Shown here piece by piece: positions 1-7,772 of a DNA stretch of 16,947 nt. The stretch is taken from assembly GCA_964388035.1 (NCBI GenBank), contig CAYLZE010000038.1:1-16947 (forward strand), written 5' to 3'. Under the pieces are notes generated by a model. That model worked only from the letters and a program-made list of their open reading frames with translations, searched no databases and was not told the origin of the DNA. The position numbers were made by a program, and so were the translations under genes. Source of the stretch: an uncultured archaeon (GTDB lineage: Archaea; Asgardarchaeota; Lokiarchaeia; Sigyniarchaeales; SOKP01). Position 1 is the first letter of the stretch. Every line of letters begins with the position of its first letter.

Positions 1-1
1 A

Positions 2-1318
2 TCCCAATTCCTTTTAATTAACGGAGAAGAACAAGTAGCTTTAGAAAAGGCAGAAGATGATAATTGGTATGAATTGTCATTAATTATTTCAACCCAAAAT
101 TTTTCATTAGGAATCAATCATCTTTATCTTCATTTTCAAAAAGCTGGGTATTCTACCACGATTTTTTCCTTTCAAATTGATGTTAATCAAATTGAATTTA
201 ATGTGAATCCTATTAATTTTAAAGATTCTGTTCAAGCATACATGGGTGAATCAATTAATGTCACTTTGCAAATAACAGATAGTAAAAATAAGTACGTCAA
301 GGATGCAAATATCACTTATTCTTGGGATTATGGTGTGGGCTCCTTTTCAAATGTAGGGAATGGAACCTACTTTTTGTTTCTAAATCTTCCACAAAACGTT
401 CAAGGAAATTATAAATTAACTTTAATTATCATTAAAGCAAGTAACATATATAAAACGAAAGAATATTCTACTATATTAACCATCTCCCAAAGACAATTAC
501 CTTCCTATTGGATATGGATCATTATCGGTGGAGGATTAGCAGCTTTAGGGGCATTTGGTGTTTTGGTCACGAGAGAATACGTGTTGAAACCCAGAGCGGA
601 AAGAAAGAAGATGGCATTATTGTCTAAAACTCAGAATTACAAGGACATGAGAAATATACAGTCCATAATTTTTCTGCATAAATCATCAGGTCTTCCCCTC
701 GAGTATAAAACTTACTCATACCTAAAAGATACTGATCCTCAAATCTTTTCGGGCTTTGTGCAAGCCATTATTGCTATCGGAACAAAACTTATGGAAAGGG
801 ATACGGATCATCAGCCTGTTAAAGATGAAACTAATATTGAGCGTACCATGATGGAAATTGATTTTAAATACTTTTATGCTTTAATCTATGATTATCAATA
901 TTTAAGAACTGTAATGATTCTTAACGAAAAAAGTTCTGAACGATTAAAAGACAAAATTAAAATTTTATCGGAGAAAATTTCCATGGATCTGCAACAAGAA
1001 TTAGAAAAATTTAAGGGAAATTTAATTCCTTTCAGGAAAAAAATACCTCCCCTCTTAGATGAGTATCTTGATCTCTATTATAAAGGATTCTTTTCGCTCA
1101 ATAAAAATCAAATTCAGCTACAAAAATTAACTCCTGAATTATCGACCATGGAACTGAGAATCATGAACATCTTGAAGTCCTATAGTAAAGAACACCCACA
1201 ATTTAAATTAGAAATTATTCTTGAATTGATTGCAGAAAAAAATGAAGATATCGTAATCGAAGCAATTGAATCTTTATTGGAAAAAGAGATTATTGTTCCC
1301 GAGCTTGATGAAACTTAA
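2..1318 (+). CDS. 5'-truncated single-pass membrane protein: beta-rich (Ig-like) ectodomain, TM helix, cytoplasmic longin-like domain, C-terminal winged-helix-like domain
   Basis: The frame of ORF 74..1318 is open back to base 2 (SQFLLINGEEQVALEKAEDDNWYEL), so TTG74 is probably not the start. Ectodomain has alternating beta patterns and N-x-S/T sequons (NFS, NVT, NIT, NGT). Hydrophobic WIWIIIGGGLAALGAFGVLV (509-568) is followed by basic KPRAERKK. The tail has IIFLHKSSGLPL..FSGFVQAI, a longin-like pattern. Confidence 0.75.
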   Translation, partial: SQFLLINGEEQVALEKAEDDNWYELSLIISTQNFSLGINHLYLHFQKAGYSTTIFSFQIDVNQIEFNVNPINFKDSVQAYMGESINVTLQITDSKNKYVKDANITYSWDYGVGSFSNVGNGTYFLFLNLPQNVQGNYKLTLIIIKASNIYKTKEYSTILTISQRQLPSYWIWIIIGGGLAALGAFGVLVTREYVLKPRAERKKMALLSKTQNYKDMRNIQSIIFLHKSSGLPLEYKTYSYLKDTDPQIFSGFVQAIIAIGTKLMERDTDHQPVKDETNIERTMMEIDFKYFYALIYDYQYLRTVMILNEKSSERLKDKIKILSEKISMDLQQELEKFKGNLIPFRKKIPPLLDEYLDLYYKGFFSLNKNQIQLQKLTPELSTMELRIMNILKSYSKEHPQFKLEIILELIAEKNEDIVIEAIESLLEKEIIVPELDET

Positions 1319-1392
1319 TTATTATTTAATATTGCTCTAAATATTTTAATTATTTAAGCTAAATAACTTAATAAAATACCATTTATTTGAAA

Positions 1393-2193
1393 TTATATAG
1401 AATTTAATCTTTTCTGGCATATCTCAACTGCTTTTGGGTTGATATCGCAACCGATATAATTTCTTTGCAAATTTTTTGCGGCTACTAAGGTAGATCCCGA
1501 GCCACAAAAAAAATCCGAAATTAAATCTCCCGCATTTGAAGAAGCTGAAATTATCCTCTCTACTAATTTTACAGGTTTCTGCGTGGGGTATCCATGATAT
1601 TCTCTAGACCGTGTGGTTGTCTGAAAAGAGTAAATATCGTTCCATGTATCTCCTAAGGGTGTTCCGGGATTTTCATCTAAATATTGCTTTCCTCCCCTTC
1701 TTTTTCTGTATAACCTACCATCTAGATCTCGATATCTAAACATCTTTTTCACATATTCTTTACGATAGGGCAAATATTGTTTATTAAAAGTATATTCATT
1801 GGATTTAGTATAAAATAGAATTGTATCATGTTGGCGAATCCATCCTTTCACTTGACTTTTAAAGCCGGATATACTGCCCACGTTCCAAATAATATCCCTT
1901 CGAAAATTTTCTTTTCCAAATATTTCATCACATAACAACTTAAGTTCAAAAAGGGCATTCTGATCGCAATGCAAGTAGAAGCTCCCCGTTTTCTTTAGCA
2001 CGCGATGCATTTCTTTAATGCGCGATCCCATAAATTTAAGGTAAGCAGCGATAGAATTCCATTTATCGTTAAATTCATCATAATCAACTTGAGAAAAGAA
2101 GGGAGGATCAATGTATATCAAGTCAATTTTCTCTGATTCGAATTCTGATAACAATTCTTTATTATCTCTCAGATATACGTGATCCAATTTCAT
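1393..2193 (-). CDS. DNA adenine-N6/cytosine-N4 methyltransferase, beta class (N6_N4_Mtase family)
   Basis: Catalytic motif IV IDLIYIDPPF near the N-terminus, YPTQKP, and SAM-binding motif I DFFCGSGST near the C-terminus followed by YIGCDIN. This motif order defines the beta class. Confidence 0.93.
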   Translation of the reverse strand: MKLDHVYLRDNKELLSEFESEKIDLIYIDPPFFSQVDYDEFNDKWNSIAAYLKFMGSRIKEMHRVLKKTGSFYLHCDQNALFELKLLCDEIFGKENFRRDIIWNVGSISGFKSQVKGWIRQHDTILFYTKSNEYTFNKQYLPYRKEYVKKMFRYRDLDGRLYRKRRGGKQYLDENPGTPLGDTWNDIYSFQTTTRSREYHGYPTQKPVKLVERIISASSNAGDLISDFFCGSGSTLVAAKNLQRNYIGCDINPKAVEICQKRLNSI

Positions 2194-2228
2194 TTCAGAA
2201 TAAATAGAATGTAATATTAATAAATATT

Positions 2229-2630
2229 ATGGAAAGGATACGATTAAATAAAACTTTACTACAAAAATATGAAAAGGTTGATTTTTCCCATATTAAGGAA
2301 GAGAAAATTTATCTCGTTGGTTCTATTACCAAGGCAAAGGAATATTTTATAGAAATTGAGACAATATTGCAAATATTGTACCATAAACTGGTCTCAATAT
2401 GTTCCGTGGACGGATTATTAAACAAAGAAGCTTTTTCTAATAAAGAGTGGTTAGAATTACAGCAAATTGCTTTAAAAAAATTGCATTATCAAGATGCCAT
2501 TTTAGTACTTGATGTGGATGGATATTTAGGTAAAGAATCCCGGGAAGAAATAGAGATTTTTGAAAAAACCATCGGAAAACCCATCTATTATTTATCGCGA
2601 TTGAGTAATTCAGATGAAAAAAGTACTTAA
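2229..2630 (+). CDS. Nucleoside 2-deoxyribosyltransferase-like (NDT/DUF4406-like) small protein
   Basis: KIYLVGS first strand and DAILVLDVDGYLGKESREEIE..GKPIYYL C-terminal half match the NDT-superfamily pattern, including a candidate nucleophile Glu. Confidence 0.65.
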   Translation: MERIRLNKTLLQKYEKVDFSHIKEEKIYLVGSITKAKEYFIEIETILQILYHKLVSICSVDGLLNKEAFSNKEWLELQQIALKKLHYQDAILVLDVDGYLGKESREEIEIFEKTIGKPIYYLSRLSNSDEKST

Positions 2631-2649
2631 TCTTTTTAATTAAAGATTA
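2628..2649. repeat. Inverted repeat at the NDT-like stop codon, possible terminator hairpin
   Basis: TAATCTTT-ttaatt-AAAGATTA followed by a T run. Confidence 0.35.
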
Positions 2650-2661
2650 TTTTAAGCATTC

Positions 2662-2677
2662 ATTAAATCGATTTAAT
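2662..2677. promoter_or_regulatory. Perfect 16-bp palindrome upstream of the GPN GTPase gene, candidate operator
   Basis: ATTAAATCGATTTAAT is its own reverse complement. Confidence 0.35.
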
Positions 2678-2690
2678 TTGAAATCAATTT

Positions 2691-3482
2691 TTGAGGTCGA
2701 ATGTTATTTTATTAAATTATTTTATTGGAACTGCAGGGTCAGGCAAATCCACCCTCACGGGTGCTTTAAAGAATTATTTGATCAATCGGGACCCGGAAAT
2801 TTCTGCAATCACCTTGAATTTAGATCCTGGTGCAGAAATATTACCTTATGATCCTGATATAGATATTAGAGATTTCATCGTTTTAAGAGAAGTAATGGAA
2901 GAGTATGGCTTGGGACCTAATGGTGCCATGATCCTTTCCTCAGATCTCATGGTAAACTATTTAGATGATCTTAAAGAAGAGATTGATGAGTTTAATCCCG
3001 ATTGGATTTTAGTGGATACTGCCGGGCAATTAGAATTATTTGCCTTCCGAGATACGGGGCCCTTAATAGCAAGTTCATTAGGTTTTGGAGATATTCAAAG
3101 ATCGGTATCCTTTCTATTTGATTCAAACTTGGTGCTTAGACCCAATGGCTTCATTTCCACGCTTTTACTGGCAGCTTCCGTGCAGTTTCGCTTCCAGAAA
3201 ATTCCTCAAATTAATATCCTTTCCAAGATCGATTTATTAGATGAGGATCAAATTGATATGATTATAAATTGGAGCACGGATTTTGTGGCATTGGAGGAAT
3301 ATACGAGCGAGAGAGAAATGGGATTGATCAGGGAATTATCCATGCTGCTTTCAGATGTGTTTGTCCAATTAGGATCGACCTCAGAATTAACTCCTTGTTC
3401 TATTAAGGAGGAAAATGGGTTGGATTTACTCTTTGCATACCTTCAAAGAATCTTCGATGAAGATAAGAGTAAATATTATTGA
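2691..3482 (+). CDS. GPN-loop GTPase (ATP_bind_1 family)
   Basis: G1 GTAGSGKS, G2 NLDPG, signature GLGPNG, G3 DTAGQLE, G4 SKID. The start codon is uncertain (TTG 2691). Confidence 0.95.
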   Translation: MRSNVILLNYFIGTAGSGKSTLTGALKNYLINRDPEISAITLNLDPGAEILPYDPDIDIRDFIVLREVMEEYGLGPNGAMILSSDLMVNYLDDLKEEIDEFNPDWILVDTAGQLELFAFRDTGPLIASSLGFGDIQRSVSFLFDSNLVLRPNGFISTLLLAASVQFRFQKIPQINILSKIDLLDEDQIDMIINWSTDFVALEEYTSEREMGLIRELSMLLSDVFVQLGSTSELTPCSIKEENGLDLLFAYLQRIFDEDKSKYY

Positions 3483-3542
3483 TAGTGTAATTTTTAACTA
3501 AATATCACTATTGAAACAAAATTCAAGAAGTTCTCATAAATT

Positions 3543-4640
3543 ATGAAAATAATTGGACCTATTGCTGGAATTGGAAGCCGTCTCAGACCTTTCACCTTTA
3601 GCAAACCCAAGGCATTCATAAGCGTGGCAGGTAAAACCGTTTTAGACCATATTTTAGAAAAATTCACCAATACCTTCGATTCGAATACGGAATTAATCTT
3701 GATCGTGGGTTATAAAAAACGACAAATTATGAATTATGTGAAAAAGCACTATCAAAATAGGTTTAAACTTACATTTATTGAGCAAATACCCCGGGGATAT
3801 CTTGATAATATTCCATATTATTGGGGTTTGGGACAAGCAATTTACTTGGCTCATGACCGATTCGAAGATGAAATTATTGAAAATGCCGAACAAGACAAGA
3901 GGGAGGGGGCACTCATTTTTTTGGGAGATATGATACCTCTAGATGAATATTCTTACATCATGTATAAATATTTTGGGTCAGAGGTGGATGGAATTATTAC
4001 AGTGATGAAAGTGCCTAAAGAAAATGCCAGTTCTTATGGAGTTGTAGAGATTGATGAGAACGGGATGATAAAAAGATTAATCGAAAAACCCAAAGAATTT
4101 ATTTCAGATTTAGCTATCGCAGGAATATATGCTTTTTCAAATACAGCTACGCGGGCTTTATTTAAAAATCTTGAGGTCTATTTGAATCAAAGAAATGAAA
4201 ACTCTGGTGAGATTTACATGACAGAAAGTCTACAAGATTTGGTTGATCAGGGGTTTAAAATTGCCGCAGTTCTTCTAAAACAAGGGATTTTGGATTTTGG
4301 ACGTCCTTCAGAGTTATTGAAGGGAAATAGATATTTATTAGAACAAAATGGCAGTAAAAAAGAGGATTTTGAACGATTAAATATTACTATCGAAAGATCT
4401 TTTTTGAAAAATCCAATTTATATTGGGAAAAATACCAGAATCATAAATTCAGTGGTTGGTCCGAATGTATCTGTAGGAGATAATTCAATCATAGAAAACT
4501 CAATACTGAACGATTGTCTCATTGAGAGAAATACATTCTTAAAAAATATGATTTCGGAAAAATCCATCATTGGAAGTAATGTGAAAATTGAAAATATCTC
4601 GAAAAATTACTTAATTATAGGAGATAAAAGTCAATATTAA
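3543..4640 (+). CDS. Sugar-1-phosphate nucleotidyltransferase (glucose-1-P thymidylyltransferase-like) with C-terminal left-handed beta-helix
   Basis: AGIGSRLRPFTFSKPK, GLGQA, LGD, YGVV, EKP, GIY, GEIYMT, DFG motifs, and hexapeptide-like repeats (IGKNTRIINSVVGPNVSVGDNSIIENS). Confidence 0.9.
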   Translation: MKIIGPIAGIGSRLRPFTFSKPKAFISVAGKTVLDHILEKFTNTFDSNTELILIVGYKKRQIMNYVKKHYQNRFKLTFIEQIPRGYLDNIPYYWGLGQAIYLAHDRFEDEIIENAEQDKREGALIFLGDMIPLDEYSYIMYKYFGSEVDGIITVMKVPKENASSYGVVEIDENGMIKRLIEKPKEFISDLAIAGIYAFSNTATRALFKNLEVYLNQRNENSGEIYMTESLQDLVDQGFKIAAVLLKQGILDFGRPSELLKGNRYLLEQNGSKKEDFERLNITIERSFLKNPIYIGKNTRIINSVVGPNVSVGDNSIIENSILNDCLIERNTFLKNMISEKSIIGSNVKIENISKNYLIIGDKSQY

Positions 4641-4779
4641 AAAATTTTGAAATTAATTGGTTTTTCATTCTATAGAATAATTAAAATTAAATGAAAAAAA
4701 TAATAAATATGATTCATATATTAGTTTCAGCGTAAAAAGTATCAATTCTAATATTAATTAATTTAAAAAAGGTAATAAC

Positions 4780-6246
4780 ATGCCAGACAAAGAAGATTCA
4801 GAGAAAATTTACGTAGCTTTTGATGGTAATCATAAAGATAGAGGTAAAATTAATGAAAATTATTCTACCTTAAGAGATACTTTAAATAATAATAATTTTG
4901 TTGGTTATAATTTCTTAGATCCCTTAACTTATGAAAACTTACGATCCTTCGATATTTTCGTTCTAGCTTGTCCCGATTTTTCTAAATTATCTCGACAAGA
5001 AATAAGCAGTATTGAAAGGTGGGTCTTGGAAGACGGAGGGGGATTATTATTATTATCTCATGCGGGAGGAGATAAGGGACGAAATAGTAATTTATCGGAA
5101 TTAAGCGAAAGATTTGGTATAGCATTTGAAAATGATCAGGTATTAGATGCGACAAATAATTTAGGGTTTGAAAATCTTCCCATTATCCATAATTTTAGAC
5201 CTCCACATCCTGTTTCAGAGGGAATTTCTTCGTTATGTTATCGAGCAGGGTGTTCTTTAACAATTATTGGGACTGCTTTTTCAATTACTTATTCTAATGA
5301 AACATCAGAACCTTTTTCTTGTCCATTAATATGCGTTGCGCAACCTGAAAAAGGTAAGGTTTGTGCGATTGGTAGTTATGAAATGTTTAGAAATGACATT
5401 GGTGGGGGTTTTGATTACGAAGACCATTCCCAATTAGCTTTAAATGTTTTCAATTGGTTGGTATCAGACGCGCGGCAAGAATTAAAATCAAAAGGATTAG
5501 TCGAATCTCCTGAGCTTATCGAACGTGATTTAAGTGCGGAAGCTATTCAAACAGTGCTTGATTCAACTACGAATGAATTTGAATCCACCGAACCCAATTC
5601 CGGAGCACATCATGAAATGAACATTGATTTTGATATCAAGATATCATCAAAAAGTGAATTAATTGACCTACTATATACTTTTTCAAAACAAATCGATAAG
5701 ATTCAAAAAGTAATTACTAAATTACTTAAAATTGCGGTTGCATCGGAAGATGAAATTGCAGAATTGCAAAAAACACGCATTTGCGTTCCTCCTGGAACAA
5801 CCAGCTCTCAAGATACCCTTCAACAAACTCAACAAGAGCTTTCTCCAATCCAAGAAGGTTCAGTCAACCAAGAGGATATCATCCAATCAATAGTCTCAGA
5901 TCTAGAAAAAAAAGCTATAATTAAGGATAAAGGCATTCTTAGTGAGATTAAAAAGAAAGGGGATGCAATGAATGAGGAAACTGAAAGGACCGTAGAAGAA
6001 CTCCAGAAAGATGCGGGAAAGACAGGGGATGAAAAATTAACAAGGGAAGAGCTGCAAGAGGAAAAAAAGAATTTAGAGAACCGCAAAAACTCCATTACTT
6101 ATCTCATGGATTTCATCCAAAAAAAGTTTGAATCGGAAAAGTTAGAAGAAGAATCATATAAAAGTCAATCTGAAGATCTTAAAGAAGATCTAAAGAAATT
6201 GAATAAAAGAATCAAGGAAATCGACAAGTTTCTCGAAGACCTCTAA
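4780..6246 (+). CDS. Soluble GIFT-domain (GldG/IFT52, DUF4350-like) protein with acidic linker and C-terminal coiled coil
   Basis: N-terminal ~227 aa has VAFDGNH, DIFVLACP, GGGLLLL, N.L.ERFGI.F.ND, GKVCAIGS..MF, N.FNWL. No signal peptide or TM seen. E/K-rich heptads at about 5980-6246. Confidence 0.8.
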   Translation: MPDKEDSEKIYVAFDGNHKDRGKINENYSTLRDTLNNNNFVGYNFLDPLTYENLRSFDIFVLACPDFSKLSRQEISSIERWVLEDGGGLLLLSHAGGDKGRNSNLSELSERFGIAFENDQVLDATNNLGFENLPIIHNFRPPHPVSEGISSLCYRAGCSLTIIGTAFSITYSNETSEPFSCPLICVAQPEKGKVCAIGSYEMFRNDIGGGFDYEDHSQLALNVFNWLVSDARQELKSKGLVESPELIERDLSAEAIQTVLDSTTNEFESTEPNSGAHHEMNIDFDIKISSKSELIDLLYTFSKQIDKIQKVITKLLKIAVASEDEIAELQKTRICVPPGTTSSQDTLQQTQQELSPIQEGSVNQEDIIQSIVSDLEKKAIIKDKGILSEIKKKGDAMNEETERTVEELQKDAGKTGDEKLTREELQEEKKNLENRKNSITYLMDFIQKKFESEKLEEESYKSQSEDLKEDLKKLNKRIKEIDKFLEDL

Positions 6247-6247
6247 C

Positions 6248-6253
6248 TTTTTT
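6248..6253 (+). terminator. Oligo-T tract between convergent genes, possible archaeal intrinsic terminator
   Basis: TTTTTT begins 2 nt after the stop at 6246 and overlaps the convergent stop at 6252. Confidence 0.3.
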
Positions 6254-7589
6254 AATTCTCTATTTTTGATATCTCTTGTTTCTTTTTAAGGTCTTCAGGC
6301 AAGTAGTTTTGTGCATATTTATAAAGTATGTCAAAGAAATCCTTATCGCTTACTCCTTTAGTTATTTTTTTCATTTCCTCTTTAATGATTGCGAATGATT
6401 TTCTTAGCTCTTCCTTGGAAGTGGTTTCATGTTTCGTTTTTACTTCATTTACAATCTTTTTGATGACTTCATCGGGAAGGTTTAAATCTAGTACTTCAAT
6501 TTTATTCTTAATTGCATATAAAATTGATTTTGAACCAGAAAACTTTCCTAAATAGAATTTTCTTCGTCTTCCAACCATGTGCGGGTTGATTGGCTCATAT
6601 GTTAAGGGATGTGCTAAAATAGCCGCAATATGCAGACCGCTTTCATGAGAAAAAGCATTTTCTCCTACAATTGGCTTGTAAGGGGAGAGTGGCTGGCAAA
6701 AATATTTTTCACACGTCTCGCTAAGTTCAGGTAATTTTTTCAAATTTATCCCTGTATCAATGCCCATTCTTTCCAGTATTGTAGCCACCTCTTCCAAGGC
6801 AGCATTACCTGCTCTTTCACCATAACCATTTATGCAGGTATGGGGATAGAGACATCCGTCGAATACGCCCATTATAGTATTAGCAGTAGCAAGTCCGAAA
6901 TCATTATGCGTGTGTATTCCCATGGGAATGTCTTGTTTAAGAGGTTCTAAGACTTCCTTTTTAATTCTTCTTATTAAATATGAAGTAGAAACGGGAGTTA
7001 ATACTCCAACCGTGTCCCCTAGTACAACTCTTTCAGCTCCGGATTTTATGGCCGTCTGAAACACGTTTTTTAAATGTTCAAATTCTGCCCGTGTTCCATC
7101 TTCGGATACCCAATTTACTTTAAATCCATTATCTTTGGCATAATGTAGTGCCTCTTGAATTTGATGTAATTCATCTTCTTCTCTCAATTTTAATGTTTTC
7201 ATGAAGATGGGTGAAATAGGCATGAATATTACTATCTCTTGGAGATCTGCATCAATACAGGCATCAATATCGCTTTTCTTTGGTCTCGCCACCCCTAATA
7301 TAGTTGCCTTCTTACAATTTTCATTGACAATAGTCTTAACAATTTTCTTCTCCGATTCAGATACGGCTGGAAAGCCAACGGCAATCAATTTTACCCCAAT
7401 TTCATCCATTAATTTCGCTAAATGTATTTTTTCATCTAGGGTAAGGTACACCGTGGGGCTTTGTTCCCCATCCCTTAAAGTTTCATCCCAAATGTAAGCT
7501 TTCGGGGGTAATTCGTAATCTTTTAGGGCAATTTTATTATAATCAACAAGCAGTTTTTCAAGTTCTTCCCTAGTGAATTTATAGCTCAT
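6252..7589 (-). CDS. DRE-TIM acetyl-CoA condensing enzyme (isopropylmalate/citramalate/homocitrate synthase family), no LeuA allosteric domain apparent
   Basis: DETLRDGEQ, AVGFP, DTVG, HTHNDFGLA, NGYGERAGNA, VGENAFSHESGLH, YEP, LGKFSG. Confidence 0.92.
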   Translation of the reverse strand: MSYKFTREELEKLLVDYNKIALKDYELPPKAYIWDETLRDGEQSPTVYLTLDEKIHLAKLMDEIGVKLIAVGFPAVSESEKKIVKTIVNENCKKATILGVARPKKSDIDACIDADLQEIVIFMPISPIFMKTLKLREEDELHQIQEALHYAKDNGFKVNWVSEDGTRAEFEHLKNVFQTAIKSGAERVVLGDTVGVLTPVSTSYLIRRIKKEVLEPLKQDIPMGIHTHNDFGLATANTIMGVFDGCLYPHTCINGYGERAGNAALEEVATILERMGIDTGINLKKLPELSETCEKYFCQPLSPYKPIVGENAFSHESGLHIAAILAHPLTYEPINPHMVGRRRKFYLGKFSGSKSILYAIKNKIEVLDLNLPDEVIKKIVNEVKTKHETTSKEELRKSFAIIKEEMKKITKGVSDKDFFDILYKYAQNYLPEDLKKKQEISKIEN

Positions 7590-7772
7590 TTTAAAATGGA
7601 TAAAACTTCGTAATTAAGATAATTATCAAAGTGTATAAACTTAAATAAAGTAAATTATTCATTTCTCAAATCTATAAATAGTTTAAAATTTTTCAAAAAA
7701 GGATCTGATAAAAAATATAAGAGATGGATGAATGAAACACACCTCTTTTTAGCCGTTCAAGAATTTCAAGAT

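Noticed and set aside
74-76. TTG start assigned by the ORF track
   Set aside because: The frame is open to the window edge and no signal peptide follows, so the gene most likely begins upstream.
1393-2630. Classical type II/III restriction-modification system
   Set aside because: No PD-(D/E)xK, HNH or helicase-type Res gene was recognised adjacent; the neighbour looks NDT-like.
3482-3511. ATAGTG...CACTAT inverted repeat between the GPN and nucleotidyltransferase genes
   Set aside because: Only 6-bp arms with an 18-nt gap; likely chance.
3693-3893. 66-aa antisense ORF
   Set aside because: Shadow of the nucleotidyltransferase; no recognisable motifs.
5829-6095. 88-aa Ser/Phe-rich antisense ORF
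   Set aside because: Expected mirror of GAA/AAA-rich coiled-coil codons on the + strand.
6172-6197. Tandem GAAGATCT(T/A)AA(A/G) repeat
   Set aside because: Encodes EDLK-EDLK in a coiled coil; two copies only, not a CRISPR or DNA-level repeat.
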